From the human T2T-CHM13v2.0 reference genome, Homo sapiens: a stretch of DNA of 64,000 nt. This document shows, one piece after another, positions 52,798 to 64,000 of the stretch. Where the stretch lies: assembly GCF_009914755.1 (NCBI RefSeq), contig NC_060928.1; one strand, given 5' to 3'. Every line of letters begins with the position of its first letter. Position 1 is the first letter of the stretch. The position numbers and the translations under genes are program-made. The notes beneath the pieces are model-generated. The model did not search any database. It was not told where the DNA came from and was given only the letters and a program-made list of their open reading frames with translations.

Positions 52798-55324
52798 CTA
52801 ATGCATTGAAAAACTTCCCTAGTTCTTCTAGAGTTCCTTTTATTCCAAAAGCTGTCATTTCCTGCTGAACTGCTTTTGGTGAATCACACTGCTGCTGGAG
52901 TTGCCGTGTCTAATTACAGCTCTTAAAAGCACAGACCATAGAAATGGAAAGCAAAGCACACCAAAGTTTAGAGGAACAGTGGTTTTTTTCAACCCATTGA
53001 TTAACCCTGTGCTGTAAGTAGGGCCTGGTATGCTAATTGTTTGTAATTTCCACCTTAATGTAAATGATAATTAAAATTACCATGCCTTTAAAAAGTATGG
53101 TGTTCCTGATTCACATGGGTGCTTAAGCAATTTTCAACCTAGTAAAATAAGATGATAATTTCAGTCTTGTCCAGGTAACCTGGAATGCTTGCCATGTAAT
53201 TGAAGTCTTTATTGCTATTCTTAGGGAAGAAGATGAAAGTTAAGTAGGTCACTTTCTACTGACAGAGCCTTTCCCATGAAGGAGAAACTTTTATACGGCA
53301 GATCTGCTTCTGTGCCTTTTGTGTTCTAAAAATAGGTAAATCCTGAAAAGAAGTTGGCTCTGCTTGAGAATGTTACACTTGTAGCATGTACTTAAAATGA
53401 CTCAAGTACCTTCGGTATTGACTAGCAGTGAGAACTCTGTTTTATTTCTGTATCCACTACACAGTAACTTTGTTTTGCTCAAAGTTAATTTGTTAAGCCA
53501 TGAATGGTGAGTGTGAACTTGTTAAACTCTTTCAGGTTAGGGAGCAGAGACTGGTTTTATATTGCTTTTATGGAGGGTTTTTTTTTTTGTAAGACTATTC
53601 AGGAAAGTAAGGAAGACAGGAAACCGTCTCAACTGCTGCACAGCCAGACCCCATAGAGATCTGGAATGACATTCAGGATGTTACAAACATGCAAACAGTG
53701 TCAGTGTCTGTTTTTATTCATTACTTCATCCCTGCACCTATGCTTGTCACACAGTGAGCGCCCAAGCATTAATTTCATGATGGATTTCCGATGCTCTACC
53801 CCATCTATCTGCTCTTTCCTGTATTCCCAGCCTACATTCTGTCTGCAGCATGGCTTCTGTTTACTTACACAGCCTTTGCTGCCTCATGGTTTCTGCTTAC
53901 TTACCTCTCTTTGTATATTGTTTCTTTTTCATGCCATCACGCTGTGTGGGGATTGCATGTATCTCATTCAAATACCCAAAGAGAAAAACTGTGATTAGAT
54001 AGACCACTCTCCAATGTGGAGCCCCAGCTCATAGTGAAATGATTGGGCTTCTGTTGTTGCCTTGAGGTCAGGGACCTAGCCATGGTCTGGTTGTCTGTGG
54101 CCAACTAGCAGGGCCATGGATGTAAAGGATGGTCTTGCTTATAAGAGGAAAGCGGTTATGACAAACACTTAGAATGGTGTTCCCATAATTATAAATTAGA
54201 GTCTGACTGGTATTATTCAGTCATGTTCTAGACCAGATTCTAAGATGTGGGAGAACACCCTATCAGGCTAGTTTCTTGAATTCTCAGAACTTGGCACAGA
54301 ACTTGTATATAGTAGGCACTGGAAAAATACTGGCTGAATGATGGTTGACTAAAGAGGAAATTCTGTGATCTTAGATGTTCAGGGACACACAGGAAAGGTT
54401 AAAGAGTAAGATGAATATACTTGACCAACTTTTATCCTATAAGTGAATCATCATAGTTACAGGCAAGCCATATAAGGCTTTTCTAATCAGAGAAAGCTCA
54501 AATCCAGAAAGACTTCATCCTCCTTCACTTTTGTATTATGTTAGAAAGCAATGAGTATACAATACAGAATTTATAACTAGTAAGTAGATTTTGTCATTAT
54601 AGTGGGAGGGTTGCCCAGAGCTTTTCTTTTTTCCATAGAACACTACCATCCTTAAAGTCATTATAGCAGTCCTTAGAAGAGGGGATGCTCCTAGGAACAT
54701 ATTGGGATTAGAAGTAGTTGAAAGGGCTGTTCTATATTGGCAAGTTTAAATTGAGCTGGAAATCTAATTGAAAAATTTTCCAGATTAAGAAAGAAAAAAG
54801 GTATCCCTAGGGCTAATGTTTCTAGATTTCTACCTGCTTCTCTCCATCATCATATGCTCAGCCACCACCACCACGAACATAAGCCTGTTTTTTTCTCATT
54901 GCCAACTGTCTTTGACTCAACAATAAGAATTAGAATTAAGAGAGAATTTGCTTGGTGTTATTTTGAGGGTTGGGCTGCAGTTCTTCATAGCCCCACATTT
55001 GGGTGTCATCATGTGATTGGTACAGTGGTTACAGATACCTGCTACTCTGCTTTGCACATGGGAGATCTCAGTAAACACTTACTGAGTTGAATTATCAGTG
55101 TAAATAAGGTCATTTGACATCATTTACTTTCATTGTCACAAACTTCACACTGAAGCTGGGAAAACTATCTAAGAAGCCACAAATGTTTGGCTTCTTGACT
55201 CCAGCTGGATAAAGAAAAATAAAAACAATATGGAGAGATTAATATAACCATAACTGGAAAATGTTAGGCAGTCAGTTTTCTGTGTAATAGTAAAATCAGG
55301 CTGCTGTCTTGGTTGAGTGCAGGT

Positions 55325-55885
55325 GTTGGAACCATACAGACTTGAGTTAGAACCCTGGTTCCACCACTTAGCAATGACTTCAGGCAAGTTACTCATAAAT
55401 CTTATCTAAGCCTAGTGTTCCATCTTGAACATGGAGGAAACAGTAGTACCTATTTCATGGGAGTAGTACTAGGGTTTAAATGAGATAATGTAGCCGGGCG
55501 TGGTGGCTCATGCCTGTAATCCCAGCACTTTAGGAGGCTGAAGCAGGTGGACTATTTGAGTTCAGGAGTTCAAGACCAGCTCAGCCAACATGGTGAAACC
55601 CCGTCTCTACTAAAAATACAAAAATTAGCCAGGTGTGGTGACATGTGCCTGTAATCCTAGCTTCTCAGGAGGCTGATCTGGGAGGATCACTTGAATCCAG
55701 GAGATGAAGGTTGCAGTGAGCCGAGATCGCGCCACTGTACTCCAGCCTGGGGGACAGAGCGAGACTCTGTCTCAAAATTGAATAAATAAATACATATATA
55801 CATACATACATAAAAGAGATAATGCACTAGAAGCTCTTGCCACCGGGGTTGGCACAAAGTGAGCACTCAGTGATGTTAGTGATTA
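55325..55885 (+). mobile_element. MIR interrupted by an Alu
   Basis: caccacttagcaatgacttcaggcaagttac...tttaaatgagataatg [Alu] gagataatgcac...ggcacaaagtgagcactcag. Confidence 0.7.
55492..55815 (+). mobile_element. Alu (S/J) with (ATAC)n tail
   Basis: Dimeric Alu with TSD gagataatg. Confidence 0.95.
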
Positions 55886-56411
55886 TTGTCATCAAGAGTG
55901 TTATTTTGAATAATGTAATTCTTTTCTACGACATGGTATCATATTGATGTTGAATTAACTGATCTTTTAGGTAATTCAGTGTAAATGGAATCACTTGTTT
56001 CAAGTAACAGAAATTCAACAGTATAGTCTTTTATCCCTTAAGTAATATAGATTTATACTCTAACATTTAGGAGAGAAAGAGACAAAGTTCATGTTCTTGT
56101 TCTTGTAATATACAAACTGAGCACAGGCAATCTTACAAGTACAATTTTTCTATTCAGAGGTAAAGAAGAATCTCTTGATCTGTAAATTTGAAATCTCTCT
56201 GCTAAATAGTTTCTGAAATTCATTGAGGCATTTTTAGGAAGGTATTCCATAGATTACACATAGAAAGAATTATCTCTTCACAGTGACATTTCTGGTGACA
56301 GTTTTTCTTTTTTAAACTTTATAATCATGACTAATAAAAAATACTGATGAATTGAACTGATGTCTGAGAGACATTGACACATTCTCTGATTTTTCTTTTG
56401 TGGTTATGTAG

Positions 56412-56607
56412 GTGAGACAGGCATTGGCAAATCCACGTTAATGGACACTTTGTTCAACACCAAATTTGAAAGTGACCCAGCTACTCACAATGAACCAGGT
56501 GTTCGGTTAAAAGCCAGAAGTTATGAGCTTCAGGAAAGCAATGTACGGCTGAAGTTAACCATTGTTGACACCGTGGGATTTGGAGACCAGATAAATAAAG
56601 ATGACAG
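56412..56607 (+). CDS. SEPTIN11: Septin 11 exon 3 (P-loop GETGIGKS, G3 DTVG)
   Basis: Acceptor atgtag|GT, donor CAG|GTACAT, 196 nt. Encodes [20 protein letters not shown]...[17 protein letters not shown]. Confidence 0.98.
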
Positions 56608-59600
56608 GTACATCTTGGGATTTTGGGGGGACATGAATGGATGAGGAGATAGCAGGATCCATCCCAGGTAAATTTAAAGGCCAAATGTTTTGGGGATTTT
56701 TTAGTTGTGGGGCTTGGTCCTCTATTGCCTAAAAGGTGTGATATTCTTGTCCTCTGAGAATTTTTCTGAGAATATTCTTCCTTGAGGTCAGAATCAGACA
56801 TCAAAATTGATCCCAGCTAGTAGGATCAGAAAGGGGCTTTATTAGAGGGACTAAATTAGCTTACAACATCTTTCCACAAAGGCCATGAAACCAGGTTTGG
56901 GGCTTTCCTACCAGGAAAAGCAATCTAGAGAAACACCCAGCCACCCTACAGAACAGTTTTAGCAGAAACCCCAGCCATCAATCACTTCATACTGCTTGGG
57001 AAACCAGGACACTAGAGGGGAGGTCTCTAGAAGCTCCACCAAATCTGCCCCAGGTAATCAAATGCCTTCACCATGGCTTGCTATATAATGATAAAATAGT
57101 ACACTGAGTTTTTATAATGTACCCCATTTATAAACCATGTAAGTTTGGGTCTTTACCATGAGTTATCTTTTGCCCTTATTTGAGGGAAGTTTTCAATTCT
57201 TAAAATTTCGTGGCATACAACCCATGTTAGTCTTAGTCTCAGGATTTTGTTCACATTCCTTCTCAAGAGCACCAATTCTGTTCATCAGTCTCAACCTCAG
57301 ATGTCTTATGACTATTTTACATAGTACATTCATTCTCAAAAGAAGTTTGAGAAAGTTAAAATAAAACTGCCCCAGGTCCAAAGGTGATTGTAGAATGGGG
57401 CTTCCAGAAACATCTTTGAGCAGTTACAACATTATGGGCATAAGTGTCTACCTGCTTAGTGTGACCAACATGTAGACATGAACAACAAATCAGTAAGTTA
57501 GGGTGTGTTTGCTTACAGCTCAGACACTTTGCTTGTATCAGGATTTTTTCCCCATATTCCTCAAAACTGTATATTATACACATGTGTTTTGTAAAGAGGA
57601 ACTCGACTATTTTTATCTAGAAATGCCTAGATATATTTTATCTATGCCTGATATAAGTATGAGCACCACAGTAATGACAGATAAATGTTTAATTCATTCT
57701 TTAGCTGAGCACCAAGCTCTTTATTTTATCTACAAAGCACTTTAAATGCTCTTCAGTAGACATTGTCCCGTGATAACAGGAACAATTGGTAGATAGAGTG
57801 AGAAAGATTTTATTTTGCATACCAAAATGGACTATCTGTACATTGTGCTGGGGCAGGGAACAAGTTCAGCTCTGACACTGCAGCTGAGCAGTTGCTCTTA
57901 ATATATGACCTCAATGACAGGGAATGATGGAGAGGCCCCTGCCTGAAGGCTGTTTGTAATGCCAAGAGCAGTAAATGAAGAGAAAGGCCTGGTCATAAGG
58001 AAAGGGGCACAAGTGCATTGTGGGAGCTGGGAAGAGAGCCGGGGGTTTCAATCATTGCATACTCACAGAATATACCCAGAGCAAGGCCTGTTCTCCATCT
58101 CTCAGACTGGTATAGATTTTCTCACTGGCGTTAGGAAAAATCTTGCTTGTCCATTCCTTGATTGGAAGACAGCAACTGTACTTTTTCAGGATCCCTCCCC
58201 CAAGGAATGAGAACCATCCTCCACATAGCCTCTTGCTGAGATTCCCTGTGCTCTTCCAGCTCACTGGGGTTGCCACAGTGCTGCCACTCAATTTTTGCCT
58301 CTCCCCTAAACTGGGACTTTCCCTCGGGCTGCTGGTGGCTTTTCACTCCCCAATCAGCACTCAGCAGCAAACAGTTAGCACAATGCATATCCTCATATTT
58401 GCAGCTGGAGCCCTCCTTAAGAAATTATCTGACTCATTTGGGTCAAATAATAGTTTCCAAGGAGATTTAGAAGAGAGGAAGTGTGATATTAACTTAACCT
58501 AGATACCAAATATTTTTTTTCCTCTGAAATTTCTTGACAGCTATTGCATAACCTCTTTAAATGGCACTTAAAACTCTCTGTTACCCTGTGCCTCAGAAGG
58601 TATTGTTGACACTGTTGACTGTAAAGCCAAATTACTTGTTCACAAATTGTTATCTGGACAGGCTCTGCCTCCCTCAAGAAACTGGAAGTGGGATATTCAT
58701 TTCTGCATCAATATATAACCATATGGAAAGGGATGTGGTATTTCTCTATGCCCATGTTGATTTTTACCTACTTTGGGGATTAGGCAAGCTTTTCTGCCAT
58801 AGATGCAAGACTTCAAGAATGTCCCAGTTTGTTTATGTAGGCTTTGGACATGTCAACATTCCTGTATTATTATCTGCCTCAGACCAGGCTAGCTAGAAGG
58901 AGGCAGGAAGAGAGATCTGGTAAGGTTTCCTGTTATGTTTAAAAGCACATTTCACTCTTTGTTATTTAAGGGCTTCCTTGTTTTGGCTGTTTGTACTCTT
59001 CAGTGGAGAAAGAAAGGGGCCTGGGGAAGAAGGGAAAGCAAGTTTTGTTGTTCAATTGGAAATAGAATAATTAGTTTGCCCCACACTGGGGAGATGGGAG
59101 GTGAGCTGTCCATGGCGTATCACTAGCTGTAATGATAGTTAGCCCTCAAAGGCAGAGATAATTGAAATCCCCTGAGACGGAATTTCAACCTCACCAAATC
59201 TTTATCAGAGTTATAAAACAGTAGTGAGATGGACTGTTTGGCCTTTAAATTTTAAGTTTTTAATCACACTTTCTGGTGGAGGTAGTCAAGGGATAAGGAA
59301 AATTGGCTAACAGACAGCAAGATAAGGGAAAAACATGGTAAGTATTTGGTCGTATATGAAGTGGAAAGTCAGTCCCTGAATGATGGCATTGGCCATTTTG
59401 CAAGAATGATCAGTGGGTAGGTTGGATGGATGGATCACATTGTCTAAGTATCTTTTTCCATCGGTTTTAGGGTTAGCCTCTGTCATTTTTGTGTGTGTGT
59501 ATGTTTTATGGCTGGAGGTATATGGAAAAAAAAATGAGTGCTGTGTAACAAGGAATATCTCCATGCCTTAAAAGAAAATGATGTGAAAACGTAAGGGCTA

Positions 59601-60014
59601 GATTGGATTTGTCCTCCTGTCTTTCCTCTGATTGATATGGCCACAATTCAGGGAAGTTTTAATTGGCAAAAAAAATATAAATAAGTGTTAGTAGGAATGG
59701 GGCTAGCAAAAGGCTAAGTTGGGATTAAGCTTCCTATCTTTCTCACTTTAGATGGAGAAGTGGAAAGGATTTGGAGGAAGAGGCAGATAATTCATCTCAT
59801 CTACAGGATGATGATGAGGAGTACAAAACCACTTGGCTGGCTTGAGTCTCATCAAGAAGAAATTATTTCATCAGCATAATTAAATCTTTGACATAGGGAA
59901 TAGTGGTTTTGGTAAATTGTTGTCCAGGAATACATTTCTTTTTATTGGTTAATAATGGTATGGAAGGTAAAGTAGATGGGATTTCATATTTATTATGTGT
60001 ATGACATAAGAGAA

Positions 60015-60310
60015 GGAGGCTCCAGGTTGAATCCCAGGTTTCTGACTTGGCCAGTGGTGTGGGTGGTGGCCCACCATGCTAAGGAATACAGGGAAAGTGA
60101 GGGTTTGAAGGCAGGATGAATAGTTCAGTTTTGGACATATTTAGTTGGAGAAGCAGTTGAAAATATAGGATAACCAATTGTGGATGGGTCTGAAGCTCAG
60201 AGGAAAGATCTGGGTTGGAGGTAGAGATTTATGACTTGTCATCAGATAGATGGTGAGTGGAACACAGGAATGAGTATGATTTTCTAGAGGGAATACATAG
60301 AGTGAAAAGA
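60015..60310 (-). mobile_element. L2 LINE fragment
   Basis: cccaggtttctgacttgg...agttcagttttggacat...agctcagaggaaagatctgggttggag. Confidence 0.7.
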
Positions 60311-60879
60311 AGGGAGACTGAATGATTGGCCAGGACTCTCTAATAAGAACAGGTAGAAGGAAGCCTGAGATATTAGAGAACAAAAGATATCTTGAATCCA
60401 GTGGGGAAAGCATTCCTCACTGCAAAATGAGTGTTGTTATGCTTCTCATTATCTTTGGAGGATCAGAATCAAAACCAGAGGCAAGAAGGGAAACTAATAG
60501 AAAACAGAACCATATTTGGACTACTATTGAGAGGAGGAGGTGCTAAAAGCTAAAAATCAGACACAGGGGAGGCAGGGGAGCAATTGCTGTGAGCTGCTTC
60601 TCTTACCCTTTGGGATAAGAGGCTGCTGGGGAAGAGCCCTAATCCCCAAATCTGCCTCAGTGTCAGGAGACAGAAGGATCAGCCCCAGACTCAAAGGGCA
60701 AAGGGCATGGGTGGACCTCACTGGAGTGGCTTGCTCTACTTCCCTACTGGACATGAGCTCCATAGCAGAACAGATAACCAGCAGAGAACTGGGTGAATGT
60801 AAAGTTCCTTTTTTTTTCCTTAGGTTTTTCTAAAAAGTCAGGCTTGATTCTATAGTGGTGGTTGTTTATTATATAATTA

Positions 60880-61110
60880 TGAAATAGTTATATCTGACTT
60901 TTATGTGCCAGCCCTTTACATGTATTGCATGTATTGGCTCATTTATTTGTCACAATAGCTCTCTGATAGAACTACTATTTTTGTCTCTGATTTACCTGTG
61001 AGGAAATTGAGACACAGAGAGGTTTAGTGACTTGCTTAAGGCTGTGCAGCTAGTAAGTTGTGCGGCTGTATTATGGTTTTAGGCTTGAATCCATGTTTCT
61101 AACCACCATC
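60880..61110 (-). mobile_element. MIR SINE
   Basis: ttttacctgtgaggaaattgagacacagagaggtttagtgacttgcttaagg-like core. Confidence 0.75.
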
Positions 61111-62544
61111 CTCTATAACTATCTCATTAAATATTATTATTATTATGCAATATATGTCTATATTTCAAGATTAGAAAATATAGAAGAATCTTATTGCTCA
61201 TTCATTCTTCTTATTGGAATTTTGCCTGTCATGATTTGGAACTTTATTATTGCTGAGGTACATCCTACCTTTTTTTTTTTTTTAAAGCCTCTAGAGATTT
61301 TGTCTACTCTAATTGAACCAATATATTGTGATAAAATCACCAAAGAAAAATATCAAAAAGCTTTTTATGACTGCTTTCAGTTTTGCTCATAAGTTTGTTT
61401 GTTGTTATTGTTTATTTTGGGGATGTTTGTTTTTCTTAGGATGTCTGCGTCATTTTTATTATAAAAGATTTGTGGTTCCCTTTCAAGGGTTTCAGTTTAA
61501 CTTATGGGTATGGGATTTGGGTGTTGAAAGGTTTTTATTTTTCTTAAAACTTGTATCTTCGGAAAGGCAATAAAGTTTGGGGAGAATTAACTCTTCGTAT
61601 TCCTAATAGAACAGTCTCTTTGTTGTAAAACGAACTTCTTCTGAGTAGTCCCTTTGGAGACCAGAAAGAATTAGTGGGTTTCCCACAATGACCTAATATA
61701 CTACTTACTTCCTGGACATGTGGTTTATGGAATGTGTATCCCCAATATGCTATTAGTCATTGTGTTTATGGTCAGTTAATAGGATTACACATAATTATCC
61801 AAAACAGATTTGAATGATTTGGTGAGAAGAGAGGGTTACGACATTTACCTTTAAATCATGAAGATTTTGAGTTGAAAGGAATCTTGAAGATCATAATAGT
61901 CTAGGCGCCTCAGTTCCTAGATGAGTTATGGATTATGCACAGGGCTATGGGAGCACAGACAGCCCCCATCTCTGGAGGAATAGGGCAGATGACCAGGGAA
62001 TAGCTCGCAGTAGGTGGTGGTGTCATATCCTGAAACCACACACCAGTTTCATTTTGTGCACCAGTGGCAATCAGTAGGGAGAGGCTATCACAGTCACTTT
62101 TCTGAGATGGATTTTTGAGGCCCAGTTTTGGCCCAGCAGGAAAGAATGCCACAGTCTCTTAGCAATATCTTCCACGGATACCCCTTGGGGGAGTGGCAGT
62201 CAGCTCCACGTATGTACAGTCTCTGTTTTAGAGGATGAATGTTAGCCAGGAGAAGAGTAGGAAAAAGACAGGTTTCTCGCAGAGGGGCCAGCGTGAGCAA
62301 AGACACAGAGGAAATAAGGGCTTGACATGGGTGGGGGGCGGGCTGCTACAAATGATTGGGCGTGGCTGGGACAGGAGAGGTGAGCCTGGAGCGCTGTTCA
62401 GGGATCAGGTGATGGAAGGCCTGGATACCTAGGTAAGGACTTGGGCTTTAGCCCTTAGGAGAGAAGAAGCCATTGTGATGTTGAATGGAGGATTGTCCTG
62501 TGAAAGAGGTTTGAGACTAGAAACATGCTGTTTCTGCATTCTAG

Positions 62545-62731
62545 CTATAAGCCGATAGTAGAATATATTGATGCCCAGTTCGAGGCCTACCTGCAAGAGG
62601 AATTGAAGATTAAACGTTCTCTCTTCAACTACCATGACACGAGGATCCATGCCTGCCTCTACTTTATTGCCCCTACTGGACATTCACTAAAGTCCCTGGA
62701 TCTGGTCACCATGAAAAAGCTGGACAGTAAG
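62545..62731 (+). CDS. SEPTIN11: Septin 11 exon 4 ([62 protein letters not shown])
   Basis: Acceptor ttctag|C, donor AAG|GTACTT, 187 nt. Septin motifs DTRIH and CLYFI. Cumulative CDS is 525 nt and in frame. Confidence 0.98.
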
Positions 62732-64000
62732 GTACTTGCTGCCATTCTGATTATCATCCACTCTCCTTTTAGATCTTCTTTATCCTAATGCCCTAATTTG
62801 TTCTCTGCTTTCAGTGTGATTTTTTTTTTCCTGGATTACAGGAACAGTGTTTGACAGCATGAGAAAAACGCTTCAAAACCTCTTGCCTGTTAGACAAAAA
62901 TAAAATAAAACAAAACAAAACTAGCAAAAAAAAAAAAAAAAGTCAAGTTGCTTTCCAGGAAGTATTTTTAATTCTTAAATGGGAGGTTGAAATATAACTT
63001 CCAGGTTTGTTTACTTTCTTAAAAAAAAAAACTTTCTCTAAAAGGTGTTTAGAGGTTTGGTTTTAATTCAAAGTTTACAATGGAATAAAAGGTTAAATTT
63101 TTGTCTCTGTGATGATAATGGTCCAGCTTCTTCAATTTTAAAACTGAACTGCACATGTGTGTTCAAGTAAAGCAAAGTCTTAATTTCAGTGTGATCCCTG
63201 AGCTTGCCACATTTATACCTTCTCTTTTTCACAACACATGAAGGAAGAGACTGGTAAGTTTGATAAAATTTTGCACCTTACTATATATTAATTAGACTTT
63301 CCATTTTGAAATAAATAGAAGACAATACATTCTGAAATAAGGATGAAACAAATGGCAACAAGAACAACCACAAAACTAAGCTGTGGATGGTATTTACCGT
63401 TAGATTCAAAACCCCTTTTGCATTCACAGAAAAGTCTTATCAGATGATAAAGCTCTTTAGAGGACTCTGCTGGGTGTTGTTACTATGATTTTATCTAAAC
63501 AACACTGATAAAGATGCTGTCTCTCCAGAGGGACAAAACAGTGAGAGAATGCTCAGAAGATCAGCCTGTCCCCAAGGCCTCTGTCTCAACTGTCCTTTAA
63601 AGGGCTGGAGAGGCTGAAGCCAAGCCAGGCTCCTTTGGCTTCCAGCAGGCACAGACACAGTAGTTTACAGAAAAATCTTCTAATGGCCTGGAAGGATCAC
63701 TGCAGCTAGAGTACTCTTCGCAGAATAAATAGAAACCCTCCTTCATCCCATCTGATTCCTCAGCTCCCTGGGAGCTGTGCCATTAGCCATGATAGTGGAG
63801 AGATCACGGGCAGTGAGGGCCGCTTCCGGGTCTGTTGTGTCCTTGGAAGCAGGGGCAGACCTCCCTGTTCTCAAGAGTGCCCCATTCTCCACAGACATTC
63901 TGAAGGAAGTAGAGTGAGGAGGCTTCCTAATCGAGGGCTGAGTATGCAGACCCAGCCGGATAATATCCAACACTATTATTATGTTTAATAGAGTTCATTG

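Overview
This is primate (almost certainly human) genomic DNA covering the 5' part of SEPTIN11 (septin 11) on the + strand. It holds the CpG-island promoter, coding exon 1 (MAVAVGRPS), a 46.5-kb first intron, an alternative N-terminal coding exon (MEERKPAHVLRSFKYAAFM) and exons 2-4. Spliced together, exons 1-4 give 175 in-frame codons including the septin P-loop GETGIGKS and the G3 motif DTVG; the gene continues past the window. Intron 1 carries an antisense processed thioredoxin pseudogene with a visible target-site duplication (TSD). The introns contain many Alu, L1, L2, MIR, MaLR and DNA-transposon relics, including a nested Tigger3a/LTR12/MER1B cluster. I see no support for a wholly new gene or biological system, and the long ORFs in the track are CpG-island or repeat artefacts. 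The best leads are RNA-processing and regulatory features: a candidate (UG)28-containing poison exon with TDP-43-type architecture, a reconstituted 5' splice site at the start of exon 3, an apparently L2-derived alternative N-terminus, a perfect palindromic MARE, a possible internal TATA promoter and a candidate truncating terminal exon after exon 4. Repeat subfamily names and boundaries were judged by eye and are approximate.
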